A stretch of DNA of 64,000 bases from an uncultured Gammaproteobacteria bacterium (GTDB lineage: Bacteria; Pseudomonadota; Gammaproteobacteria; UBA9214): positions 96,001 to 160,000 of the forward strand of contig CAVVHS010000002.1 in assembly GCA_963748215.1 (NCBI GenBank), read 5' to 3'. Below, in pieces: positions 1 through 9,274 of the stretch. Positions within the stretch are counted from its first letter, which is position 1; every line of letters starts with the position of its first letter. The position numbers and the translations under genes are program-made. The notes beneath the pieces are model-generated. The model was given only the letters and a program-made list of their open reading frames with translations, made no database searches and had not been told where the DNA came from.

Positions 1-169
1 CAGGGTGCAGGAAGAACGAAGCTGCGTTATCACAAACCATCTAACTCCCCCCTCGCTACTGGAGCCATCGTTTACGCAGCGCCAGACAAAGCCACCATCC
101 AGCCTAAACAATTGCGCGTTTACAACAATACTCAGCAGCGGTCCTTTCAAGCCTCATTCCTGACATGCA

Positions 170-229
170 ACATAACGTTAAAGCTCAGGCGCGCCGCTTT
201 TTGGCGTCGACTGAAGCGCTTTGTTAGGC
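170..229 (-). mobile_element. attC site (cassette 2)
   Basis: Minus strand reads GCCTAAC-aaagcgcttcagtcgacgccaaaaagcggcgcgcctgagctttaac-GTTATGT: RYYYAAC...GTTRRRY with an imperfect internal palindrome. Confidence 0.9.
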
Positions 230-348
230 GTGAATTCAATAGCTGCCCATAGAATAAGCCCAGAATATCGATAGTTGTGATAGATATCAGGTTGGTAGCG
301 CAGGTTTCTATAAAGGGGTAGCGTCACATTTTATTCTTTTATTTAGAA

Positions 349-627
349 TTAATTATTCTCTGAGCCCGGTTTTTTATCACCAAAGGGATCATCAACTATT
401 AAATCATAAATAGAGGGTGCATAGGTTAAAACTGCACCTTGAGTTATACCAAGGTTCTGAAATGCATCATGAAGCTGTACTAAAAGTGATGCGTTTTTAG
501 GCTCTTGCTTTATTGCTTCCAATATTGAGATGAAAGATTTAATGCCCTCTTCTTTAACGTTTGTATTTAACATATGAATTGCTTCTTCAATTCTTGCAAC
601 ATCTACATTGTCTGTAATATTTTTCAT
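349..627 (-). CDS. Integron cassette 2 hypothetical protein (92 aa)
   Basis: AT-rich ORF between core site GTTAGGC (705-699) and matching inverse core GCCTAAC (229-223). Confidence 0.75.
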   Translation of the reverse strand: MKNITDNVDVARIEEAIHMLNTNVKEEGIKSFISILEAIKQEPKNASLLVQLHDAFQNLGITQGAVLTYAPSIYDLIVDDPFGDKKPGSENN

Positions 628-698
628 ATATCTTTTTATCCGTTTTTAAACTGTGTTCCGACCTCAGTTTTCACTTACTGAATGTGTACATCTATATT

Positions 699-761
699 GC
701 CTAACGGTTGAAGCCAGCCGCGCCTGCGAAGCAGGCGTCGGACTGGGCTGATTTGTTATAT
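699..761 (-). mobile_element. attC site (cassette 1)
   Basis: Minus strand ATATAAC-aaatcagcccagtccgacgcctgcttcgcaggcgcggctggcttcaacc-GTTAGGC. The cassette ORF stop TAA lies inside the inverse core site. Confidence 0.92.
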
Positions 762-1157
762 GCCATTGTAATTACTCTGATAGTACCCGTTGCCATCATT
801 GCCAAGAATAATTGTGATTGTTCGAGTGTCTACCGGAGGGCATAAATATTTCTTACCTCGGTCGTTTTCAGCAATCTTTTCACATTCAGATTCAACAGAT
901 TTCACGTCGCCTACTGTGTATCTGAATGATGCCCACACTTCATTAGTATCAATGTTGTGACGTTCTTCTATCTGAGATGCTGAGCTTGGCAAATACCCAG
1001 GAAGCCAACCTGCATCAACAAGGCCAGATGCTTCCATTTCTGCAATTGAGGGAAAACTGGATTTCGGATTCTCTATATACTCCATGTACCTAACACCTCC
1101 CAACACTACTCCAAGCAGCGCAAGAGCAAGGATCACCGATTTAACGAGGTGTTTCAT
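756..1157 (-). CDS. Integron cassette 1 exported/membrane-anchored hypothetical protein
   Basis: N-terminal hydrophobic segment (VILALALLGVVLGGV); first ORF after attI. Confidence 0.8.
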   Translation of the reverse strand: MKHLVKSVILALALLGVVLGGVRYMEYIENPKSSFPSIAEMEASGLVDAGWLPGYLPSSASQIEERHNIDTNEVWASFRYTVGDVKSVESECEKIAENDRGKKYLCPPVDTRTITIILGNDGNGYYQSNYNGI

Positions 1158-1160
1158 GGC

Positions 1161-1200
1161 ATATAACTACCATTGGGCGAACCATTAACTGTAGTAAAGA
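1161..1200 (-). mobile_element. attI recombination site (core GTTATAT at 1167-1161; upstream limit approximate)
   Basis: Core GTTATAT is the exact complement of the cassette-1 inverse core ATATAAC; lies between the array and the divergent intI. Confidence 0.75.
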
Positions 1201-1384
1201 CGAAAGTCGATTCGCGTAACGTGTATTCGTCCTACTTTATTATCAGGCTGTTGAGGTTCCGATATGTACTTTAGGCGGATTTAAAATTTCATGAAATACG
1301 CAAATCCAGGTTCGCATTCTTCCTACAGAATATCCTGATTATCTGAATTACTCTGTTTGCGCCATTTTTTACGCGGACAGATCC

Positions 1385-2347
1385 TTGAAAAAGCCAAGAC
1401 TACTGGATCAGGTGCGTTTGTCTATAAGACGAAAGCATTACAGTCATCGGACCGAGCAGTCCTATATCTACTGGATTCGTTACTACATTCGTTTCAACAA
1501 GCTGCGTCATCCTAGCGAGATGCGTGAGCCCGAAGTCAGGCATTTTCTCGATCACCTGGCCGTGAACCGCAAGGTCTCGGCTTCCACCCAGAATCAGGCG
1601 CTGTGCGCCATCCTGTATTTATATCGCGAAGTCCTGGGCAAGCCACTCGGTATGATAGAGGGTGTCACGCGCGCCCGCCATTCGAAGTACCTGCCGGTGG
1701 TCCTGACCCGCCACGAGGTGGCGGCCGTTCTCGGTCAGATGGAAGGTGTGTGCCATTTGGTGGCCTCGCTGATCTATGGCACCGGCATGCGTGTCACTGA
1801 AGCGGTGACGCTTCGCATTACTGATATCGACTTCGATTACGCACAGATCACCGTGCGCAGTGGCAAGGGTGACAAGGACCGGGTAACTATGCTGCCAGAA
1901 AGCCTGCGTCACCCGCTCTGGGAACACCTGGCAACGGTCCGCGCCATGCATAACGGCGACCTGGACAATGGCTACGGTTACACCTGGCTGCCTTATGCAC
2001 TGGACAGGAAATATCCCAACGCGGAACGTGAGTGAATCTGGCAATACGCGTTCCCGTCGACCTGCATTTCGCCCGACCGCAGTGACGGTGTCCTGCGGCG
2101 CTTTCACATGTCACCACGCACGCTGCAAAAGGCCATGCGCGAGGCCGTCCGGCGTGCCGGGATCAGCAAGCGAGCCGGCCCGCACACCCTGCGGCACACT
2201 TTCGCTACGCACCTGATCGAGGATGGCTACGACATCCGTACCGTACAGGAACTGCTCGGCCACAAGAATGTACGCACCACGCAGATCTACACCCACGTGC
2301 TGAACCGCGGCGGTCGTAGGGTGCGCAGCCCGCTGGATGGGAGCTAA
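1385..2347 (+). pseudogene. intI: Integron integrase with in-frame TGA at 2033-2035
   Basis: ORFs 1385-2035 and 2108-2347 share one frame: YPNAERE*IWQYAFP, where IntI has W. Tyrosine-recombinase motifs GMRVTE, GKGDKDR, HTLRH, LGH, TQIYTH and the IntI-specific insertion are present. Confidence 0.92.
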
Positions 2348-2406
2348 TCCGCAAACAAGGCGTATTAGATACGTTGTAATATACATATTATATACATTTA
2401 CTGTAT

Positions 2407-2680
2407 ATGGACGTTCGCGTGGACCCGGTCAAGGCGGCCGCCAATCGTCACAAGCATGGTGTCAGTTTTGCGGATGCCGAGGCTGTGCTGTTCGACCCTA
2501 TGGCATAGTCGCTGGAAGATCATAATGCACTGGGCGAGCAGCGTTTTATCAGCCTGGGCACGGGCGCAACCGGCGAATTGCTGGTCGTGGTCTATACCTG
2601 GCGTAACGACCATGTTCGACTGATTTCGGCGCGCAGTGCCACCAGGACGGAACAAATCACGTATGAAAAAGGAATATCAC
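2407..2680 (+). pseudogene. brnT: BrnT-family toxin with internal TAG (2506-2508)
   Basis: Manual translation MDVRVDPVKAAANRHKHGVSFADAEAVLFDPMA*SLED...EQRFISLG...LLVVVYTWRNDHVRLISARSAT is a typical BrnT; not in the ORF track. Confidence 0.85.
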
Positions 2681-2914
2681 TTCAGCAAGGCACGCCGTGG
2701 TGCCGTGGCATCCGGCAAGGGCAAGACACGCATTACCATATACCTGGATGACGACGTGCTGGCCGCATTTCGCACCCTGGCCGAGAAATCCGGGCGCGGC
2801 TACCAGACGATAATCAACGAAGCACTCGGCGAATACCTCGCCAACGCGCCGCGCCCGGTCGATGCCGCGACCTTGCGGCGTATCCTGCGCGAGGAGCTGA
2901 AAAAGTTCTCCTGA
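2663..2914 (+). CDS. brnA: BrnA-family antitoxin
   Basis: MKKEYHFSKARRG...KTRITIYLDDDVLAAFR...GYQTIINEAL; overlaps the brnT 3' end. Confidence 0.88.
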   Translation: MKKEYHFSKARRGAVASGKGKTRITIYLDDDVLAAFRTLAEKSGRGYQTIINEALGEYLANAPRPVDAATLRRILREELKKFS

Positions 2915-2924
2915 AAGGCCCCGG

Positions 2925-3791
2925 TCAGGGATTCGCGAACAGTCCGCGTTTTTCGCGGAACAGCGCGGAGATGTCCTCGTCACCGAAACCGGCCTGCATC
3001 AGGCGGCGGTAGTGAATCAGCGTCATCTCGACCACCGGCATGGCCACGCCGAGCTCGGCCGCCATCGCCTTGCAGATGGCCAGGTCCTTGTGATGCAGCG
3101 CGACGCGAAAGCCGGGTTCGAATTTACCCTTGCTCATGCTAGGGCCGCGATGGGACAGGAACCAGTTGCCGGCCGCGCCGCTGCCGACCACCTCGATGAC
3201 CTTGTCGAGCGGCAGCCCGAGCGCCTCGGCAAAGGCCAGTGCCTCGGTCACCGCCTGATTGATGCCGGCGGCCATCACCTGGTTGACCGCCTTGGTGGCC
3301 TGCCCGGCCCCGACCGGGCCCATGTGTTCGACACGCCCGGCGATGCTGTCCAGCGCCGGGCGAATGCGCTCCAGGACGTGTTCGTCGCCGCCGACCATCA
3401 TGGCCAGCGTGCCGTTGCGGGCGCCCTCGATACCGCCGGAGACCGGGGCGTCGAGAAAGGCCGCCACGGAATGCAGCGTGGCGGCGGCCTGCTGCGCGGT
3501 CGCGCGGCTGACAGTGGAGGTATCGAGCACCACGGCATTGTCCTGCAGGCCCGGCTGCAATGCCGCGATCACTTCCAGCAGGTCGGCATCGGCCGACACC
3601 GACAGGATGACCAGCTCGCAGGTTCGCGCGAGTTCAGCCGGGGACCCGGCAACATGCACACCGGTATCGGCTTGCAGTTGCGCGGCCTTGTCCGCGCTGC
3701 GGTTCCAGATCGAAACGAGGTAGCCGGCCGCGTGCAGGTTGCGCGCCATCGGCGCACCCATGGCCCCGAGGCCGATGATACCGGTTTTCAT
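2925..3791 (-). CDS. NAD(P)-dependent beta-hydroxyacid dehydrogenase (3-hydroxyisobutyrate/tartronate semialdehyde reductase family)
   Basis: GIIGLGAMGAPMA, FLDAPVSGG, GAGQATKAVNQ, HHKDL motifs. Confidence 0.9.
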   Translation of the reverse strand: MKTGIIGLGAMGAPMARNLHAAGYLVSIWNRSADKAAQLQADTGVHVAGSPAELARTCELVILSVSADADLLEVIAALQPGLQDNAVVLDTSTVSRATAQQAAATLHSVAAFLDAPVSGGIEGARNGTLAMMVGGDEHVLERIRPALDSIAGRVEHMGPVGAGQATKAVNQVMAAGINQAVTEALAFAEALGLPLDKVIEVVGSGAAGNWFLSHRGPSMSKGKFEPGFRVALHHKDLAICKAMAAELGVAMPVVEMTLIHYRRLMQAGFGDEDISALFREKRGLFANP

Positions 3792-3821
3792 GGAATATCC
3801 TCCTTTGCAATCCAAATGGAG

Positions 3822-4110
3822 TAGTCAGCGGATTTTAAGTCCCGTCAGGCGGAGCCGAGCACCGCAGTCATCTTGAGAAACAGCGAGCCGCCGTGTCGAG
3901 CTGGATTTGCTAGCCGGAAGGCGCGGCAAATCCTGCGAGTTCGGTGAGCGCTCAAGATGACGAGAAGCGCAGGTCAAGGCTGCGAAGCGGCCTTGTATAT
4001 TCAGGTGTCTTGGCAACCAAGTCTCCGGGTCCGCCATTCTTTCGGGTACTTTTCTTTGGTGGAGCAAAGAAAAGTAACTCGCCCGACAGGGCGAAACCCG
4101 ATGTTGAGGC
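3822..4110. repeat. Structured palindromic intergenic element (MITE-like)
   Basis: Nested inverted repeats GTCATCTTGAG/CTCAAGATGAC (3867-3961), GGATTTGC/GCAAATCC (3903-3933), TACTTTTCTTTG/CAAAGAAAAGTA (4047-4076). Confidence 0.6.
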
Positions 4111-4179
4111 GCTCACAAGCCAGCAATTCGCGCAGGCCTGCGCTCCTGCCACAATAAGCCAGCCATCGGGTACGAACCG

Positions 4180-6057
4180 CTACTCGTCTTCCATGTAGGT
4201 GGTGCCGGTGAGTCCGCCTTCCAGCGCCTGCAGGTACATGGCACGTTCCGGGCCCTTGAGGCCTGCCGCGTTGAGTTTTTCGCGGTAGCGCGCCATCAGG
4301 CGCTTGGGCTCGAACTCCACGTATCGCAGCAGCTCATCCACGCTGTCGGCATGGCGCGGATCGACCAGCGAGTAGCCGCCGGCGCTGTCGAACTCGACGT
4401 TGATCGCGTCGGTGTCGCCGAACAGGTTGTGCATGTCACCGAGGATTTCCTGGTAGGCGCCGAGCAGGAAAAAGCCGAGCAGGTAGGTCTCGTCATCACG
4501 CACCGCGTGTAGCGGCAGGGTCGACTCGACGCCATTGCCATCGACATACATCCCGATTTGCCCGTCGGAATCGCAGGTCAGGTCATGCAGGATGGCACGC
4601 CGCGACGGTGCCTCGTCTAGCCGCTGCAGGGGCACGATGGGAAAGATCTGGTCGATCCCCCACACATCAGGCATGGACTGGAACACCGACAGGTTGCAGA
4701 AGTACTTGTCGGCGAGGCGCCGGTTGATGTCATCGAGTTCAGGCGGCGGCAGGTCCTGCAACTCCAGGAAACCCTGTACCTTGCGGCACAGGGCGTAATA
4801 CAGCGATTCGCCGTGCGCGCGCTGCTGCAGGCCGGCGCGGCCGACCAGGTACAGGCCGCGCAGCTCGGCGAGATGCCCGCCCGCCAGCAGGTAGCTGTCG
4901 AGTGCACTGTCCGCCGTGCACTGCGCCAGTGACTCGCGCAGCGCCAGCACCGGAGCGATATCGGAACTTGAGCCGGCGTCTTCCTCACTCAGCACCTGCT
5001 CGGTGTCGAGCACATTGGTGATCAGCACGGCGTGGTGCGCGGTCAGCGCGCGGCCGGATTCGGACATCAGGTCGGGTGCCGGCAGGTCATGCGCTTGCGT
5101 GATTTCGCTGAAGATGTCGATCACGGTCTGCGCGTAGCGGTCCACGTCGTAGTTCATGGAGCATTCACTCATCGAGCGCGTGCCTTCGTAGTCGATGCCC
5201 AGCCCGCCGCCGACATCGACCGTGGTCACCGGTACACCGGCGTTGCGCAGCTCCACCCAGGTGCGGGCAACTTCCATGAGCGCATCGCGGAACACCTCGA
5301 TACTGGTGATCTGCGATCCGGGATGACAGTGCAGCAGCGTCAATCGGTCGAGCATGCCCGCGTCCCGCAGACGCTCCATCAGCGCCAGCGCGCCGGCCGC
5401 GGTGAAGCCGAATTTGGAACGGTCGCCACCGGTGTTCTGCCAGTTGCCGGAGGTCACCGTGGACAACCGTACACGCAGGCCGAGCTCCGGCTGCATGCGC
5501 ATCGACGCTGCCGTGGCGATGATCAGCTCCAGTTCCGACAGCTTCTCGATGACCAGCACGGTAGGGTGGCCAAGGCGCTGCGCGATCAGTGCGAGACGTA
5601 TGTACTCGGCGTCCTTGTAGCCGTTGCAGATGATGGTGCCGCCGGCAGGCAGGCTGCCGATCACCGCCATCAGCTCGGGCTTGCTGCCGCACTCCAGGCC
5701 GATGCGCGCGCCGCCGTGCGCGACCAGCGCTTCGACCACGTGTCGCTGCTGGTTGACCTTGATCGGGTAGATGGCGGTGTAGTTCGCCGGGTAGCCAGTA
5801 AGCTGCATGGCGGTGGTGAAGGCGCCGTGCAGGCGGTCCACGCGATTGCGGAGGATATCGGTGAAACGCACCAGCACCGGCAGGGTAAGGCCGTCCTCAT
5901 GCAGGCGGTCGACCAGGCCATGCAGGTCGATGGCCGGCGCATCGGTGTGCGCGCCCGGCCGTGCCAGCAGGTGGCCATTGTCACCGACATCGAAATAGCC
6001 GGCGCTCCAGCCGGGGATGTTGTACTGCCTGCGGGCGTCATCGGGTGTCCAGTCCAT
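4180..6057 (-). CDS. speA: Biosynthetic arginine decarboxylase
   Basis: YPIKVNQQ (PLP lysine), GLECGSKPEL, DVGGGLGIDY, DLTCDSDG, GAYQEILGDMHNLFGDT. Confidence 0.96.
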   Translation of the reverse strand: MDWTPDDARRQYNIPGWSAGYFDVGDNGHLLARPGAHTDAPAIDLHGLVDRLHEDGLTLPVLVRFTDILRNRVDRLHGAFTTAMQLTGYPANYTAIYPIKVNQQRHVVEALVAHGGARIGLECGSKPELMAVIGSLPAGGTIICNGYKDAEYIRLALIAQRLGHPTVLVIEKLSELELIIATAASMRMQPELGLRVRLSTVTSGNWQNTGGDRSKFGFTAAGALALMERLRDAGMLDRLTLLHCHPGSQITSIEVFRDALMEVARTWVELRNAGVPVTTVDVGGGLGIDYEGTRSMSECSMNYDVDRYAQTVIDIFSEITQAHDLPAPDLMSESGRALTAHHAVLITNVLDTEQVLSEEDAGSSSDIAPVLALRESLAQCTADSALDSYLLAGGHLAELRGLYLVGRAGLQQRAHGESLYYALCRKVQGFLELQDLPPPELDDINRRLADKYFCNLSVFQSMPDVWGIDQIFPIVPLQRLDEAPSRRAILHDLTCDSDGQIGMYVDGNGVESTLPLHAVRDDETYLLGFFLLGAYQEILGDMHNLFGDTDAINVEFDSAGGYSLVDPRHADSVDELLRYVEFEPKRLMARYREKLNAAGLKGPERAMYLQALEGGLTGTTYMEDE

Positions 6058-6198
6058 GACAGGCACGATAATGACAGCGGGCGGTAATAGCAATGGGTTG
6101 GCCCGCACGACAGGGTCATCACCTCGCATAAGCGACCCGCTACGCGATCGTGCCTATCACGCATGAGATGCGCTCCTGCGAGACTTTATTTGCCAGAT

Positions 6199-6511
6199 CC
6201 CATTGATCCCGCCCCGCCCGATCTTGTATTGGCTGCACGCCTATCCGCCTGATCGAGTTGTAGGGTGCGTTTCACGCACCGAAAACGGTGCACAGAGAGC
6301 ACCCTACGGCTGGTGCCAATGACCAGGGCATCTGACGCCCCATTGATCCCACCCCGCCCGATCTTGTATTGGCTGTACGCCTATCCGCCTGATCGAGTGG
6401 TAGGGTGCGTTTCACGCACCGAAAACGGTGCACAGAGTGCACCCTACGGCTGGCGCCAATGACCAGGGCATCTGACGCCCCATTGATCCCACCCCGCCCG
6501 ATCTTGTATTG
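6199..6511 (+). repeat. 140-bp tandem repeat (about 2.2 units) containing REP family 2 doublets
   Basis: cattgatccc recurs at 6201, 6341 and 6481; each full unit has GTAGGGTGCGTTTCACGCACC...GGTGCACAGAG(A/T)GCACCCTAC. Confidence 0.9.
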
Positions 6512-6546
6512 TCTGCCACCCGACCTGCCAGACCGAGGACGCAGCC

Positions 6547-7398
6547 GTGACAGACAAAGACCAGTGGTTTACCGAGATCTACGAAATCGGCGGCTCCGCC
6601 TTCGGCGTGAAAATCCGCGAGCGGCTGCACAACGAGCAGACCGAATACCAGCACATCGAGATCTACGCGACAGAAAAGTTCGGCAACCTGATGGTCATCG
6701 ACGGCTGCTACATGCTCACCGCACGCGAGAACTTCATCTATCACGAGATGATGTCTCACCCGGTACTGTTCACCCACCCGTCGCCGGAACGCGTGGTGAT
6801 CATCGGTGGTGGTGACTGCGGGACGCTGCGCGAGGTGCTGAAGCACGGCCGCGTCACCCATGCGCTGCAGGTCGAGATCGACGAGCGCGTCACGCGCCTG
6901 GCCGAGGAGTTCTTTCCGGAGCTGTGCGTGGCGAACGAAGATCCGCGCGCAGACTTCCTGTTCGGCGACGGCATCCGCTGGATGAAGGAAAGCACGCCCG
7001 GCACCGTCGACATCGTGATCGTCGACAGCACCGATCCGGTCGGACCGGCGCTGGGACTGTTCACCGAGGATTTCTACCGCGACTGCCACCGCGCGCTGGG
7101 CGACAACGGCATCCTCATCCAGCAGAGCGAGTCACCTCTATATAACATGGACATCATCAACCCGATGCACAAGGCGATGCGCGCAGCCGGCTTCGTCGAT
7201 GTGCAGACGCTGTTCTTCCCGCAGCCGTGCTATCCCTCAGGCTGGTGGAGCGCCACCATGGGCAGCAAGCAGCCGATGGCCGGACACTTCCGCGAAAAGG
7301 ATGCCGCCGGCAAGAGCTTCGAAACACACTACTACAACGCCGCCATCCACAAGGCCGCGCTGACCCCGCCGGAGTTTTTCAGGCAGGCGCTGGAGTAG
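6547..7398 (+). CDS. speE: Polyamine aminopropyltransferase (spermidine synthase)
   Basis: IYHEMMSHP, IIGGGDCGTLREV, VEID, IVDSTDPVGP; divergent from speA. Confidence 0.96.
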   Translation: MTDKDQWFTEIYEIGGSAFGVKIRERLHNEQTEYQHIEIYATEKFGNLMVIDGCYMLTARENFIYHEMMSHPVLFTHPSPERVVIIGGGDCGTLREVLKHGRVTHALQVEIDERVTRLAEEFFPELCVANEDPRADFLFGDGIRWMKESTPGTVDIVIVDSTDPVGPALGLFTEDFYRDCHRALGDNGILIQQSESPLYNMDIINPMHKAMRAAGFVDVQTLFFPQPCYPSGWWSATMGSKQPMAGHFREKDAAGKSFETHYYNAAIHKAALTPPEFFRQALE

Positions 7399-7399
7399 A

Positions 7400-7825
7400 C
7401 ATCACGTGAGACGTGAAAAGTGAAAAGTGAAAAGTGAAAAGAATAATGGCCACGGAATCCACGGAAGAGCACGGAAAAATAACAATGCAGACGTAGGGTG
7501 CGTTTTACGCACCACAACGGCTTAAAGGGAAAGAGAAGACCATGCGCGCACATTCAGGATTATCCCTTCAAGACGCAGGATGTGCGGGAACGGCCATGAG
7601 ATGCGCTCCTACAACAATAGCTACCCGTTCATGCGCGACTCGCATTTTGGAAACAACCACATCCATTATTTTCTTGTTGTTCTGTGGATTCCGTGGCCAT
7701 TATCTTTCGCACCCGTAATTCACGTTTCACCTTTCACGTCCCACCCAATGGTGCACAGAGTGCACCCTACATTTTTCCGTGTTCTTCCGTGGATTCCGTG
7801 GCCAGACTTCATTTTCATTTCACGT
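7400..7825. repeat. Composite repeat cluster (GTGAAAA heptamers, CACGGAA-type inverted repeats, REP families 1 and 2)
   Basis: (GTGAAAA)x4 at 7413-7440; GCCACGGAATCCACGGAAGAGCACGGAAAAAT at 7449-7480 with inverted copy at 7771-7802; REP2 halves near 7492 and 7750; REP1 near 7596-7611. Confidence 0.8.
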
Positions 7826-7904
7826 ATTACCATTCAAGTGGATAGTGACGTCGGGTGCGCTCATGCACCGGGGTGGCACACAAGCCACCCACTGAAGGCT
7901 TCCC

Positions 7905-8351
7905 TCAGTTACACCAGCGCTTGACGTTTTCGCGCGCCTGCTCGAGCGACTGTTCACGCGCATCGTCCGGCAGGTACACACGCTTTCCTGATTCATCGAG
8001 GGAATATACGCGGCCGGCGCGCTCCATGTTGCGCAGGTAATCACGCGCATAGTTGCAGCGTTTTTGCCGCTGCTCGCGCTCGGCCTTTTCCTCTTCGGCC
8101 TGAAGCTGCTTTTGCTGACGCTCGTCACGCATGGCATCGAGCAGGCGTTGCGTCTTGTCCATGCGCACATCGGGTGCTGCCGCACCGGCCCCGGACGCGG
8201 ATCCGTCGATCTTGCGCAGGCTGTGGGCACGGCTGTCACACGGTGAGTCGCGGTATTGCACGCCGCCATCGGGACCGGTGCACTTGTAGACCTCGGCCGA
8301 TGCCACAGATCCAAACAGCAGCATCGCAAGCATGGGGATTAACCTGGTCAC
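7905..8351 (-). CDS. DUF4124-type secreted protein
   Basis: Signal peptide, then AEVYKCTGPDGGVQYRDSPC, a coiled-coil region and C-terminal WC. Confidence 0.8.
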   Translation of the reverse strand: MTRLIPMLAMLLFGSVASAEVYKCTGPDGGVQYRDSPCDSRAHSLRKIDGSASGAGAAAPDVRMDKTQRLLDAMRDERQQKQLQAEEEKAEREQRQKRCNYARDYLRNMERAGRVYSLDESGKRVYLPDDAREQSLEQARENVKRWCN

Positions 8352-8482
8352 GGTGAGTACCTCATTGTTGAATAATCCGGTTCGTACATGCCTGCGTTCC
8401 CACCCCATTGTTGCACATACGAGAGCGGGCCCCGTCCGCAATCATTTTAAACAACCTCTCGCACGCAAGATGCGCTCCTGCC

Positions 8483-9274
8483 TCATGTCCCCCGCAACCG
8501 GTCCAGGCACAGGCGCTGGCGGGAATCGAACAGGTGACGCGCGCCGATGGTGACCGCGGCCAGCGTACCCAGGCCGGTGCCGGTGGTGATGAGGAACATG
8601 ATCAGGATCTGGTATTTCACCGCTTCAACCGGCGCCGCACCGGCCAGGATCTGGCCGGTCATCATGCCCGGCAGGCTGACCACGCCGGCGGCTGCCATGG
8701 CATTGATGATAGGGATCATGCCGCTGCGGATGGCCTTGCTGCGATACTCCGAGATCGCCGTGTCCCAGCCTTCGCCGAGCATGAGACGCGCCTCGATAAT
8801 GTTGCGCTGCTCCCAGGCCGCCTGCGTCAACCGGTCCATGGCAATTGCGATGCCGTTCATGGTGTTGCCGAGCAGCATGCCCAGCAGCGGGATGGCGTAT
8901 TGCGGCGCATACCAGGGTTCGTCGCCGAGGATCACTATCAGTGCGAAAATGGCAATGGCAAAGGAGGACAGGAACATAGAGATGGTGCCGACGGCATAGC
9001 CCCACCAGCCACGAAAGCGGCGCTCCTGGCGCATCATAACCTCGCGCCCGGCGATCAGCAGCATGAACAGCGACAGCAGCGCCACCCAGCCCGGGTGCGA
9101 ACTGGCGAACAGCGCCTTGAGAACCAGTCCGATCAATGTCAGCTGCACCGCGGTCCGGGTCGCCGCGATGACAAGCTGCCCGCCGATACCGGTGCGCAGG
9201 CGAATCGACAGCAGCGCCAGCAGCAGTACCAGCACGGCGGCAATCGCGAGATCGTAAGTGTCGAGTGTGATCAT
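8483..9274 (-). CDS. fetB: ABC transporter permease, UPF0014/YbbM (FetB) family
   Basis: RTAVQLTLIG, YAIPLLGMLLGNTMN, GVVSLPGMMTGQILAG, AVKYQI. Confidence 0.88.
   Translation of the reverse strand: MITLDTYDLAIAAVLVLLLALLSIRLRTGIGGQLVIAATRTAVQLTLIGLVLKALFASSHPGWVALLSLFMLLIAGREVMMRQERRFRGWWGYAVGTISMFLSSFAIAIFALIVILGDEPWYAPQYAIPLLGMLLGNTMNGIAIAMDRLTQAAWEQRNIIEARLMLGEGWDTAISEYRSKAIRSGMIPIINAMAAAGVVSLPGMMTGQILAGAAPVEAVKYQILIMFLITTGTGLGTLAAVTIGARHLFDSRQRLCLDRLRGT

Noticed and set aside
1200-1385. LexA box upstream of intI
   Set aside because: No CTGT-N8-ACAG with correct spacing was found.
2033-2035. TGA recoded as Trp or Sec (alternative genetic code)
   Set aside because: Many intact genes here end in TGA and use TGG for Trp; the position is Trp, not Cys.
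6199-6511. CRISPR array or small repeat-encoded proteins (6265-6462, 6405-6815)
   Set aside because: Whole 140-bp units are duplicated; the ORFs are read-throughs of REP DNA.
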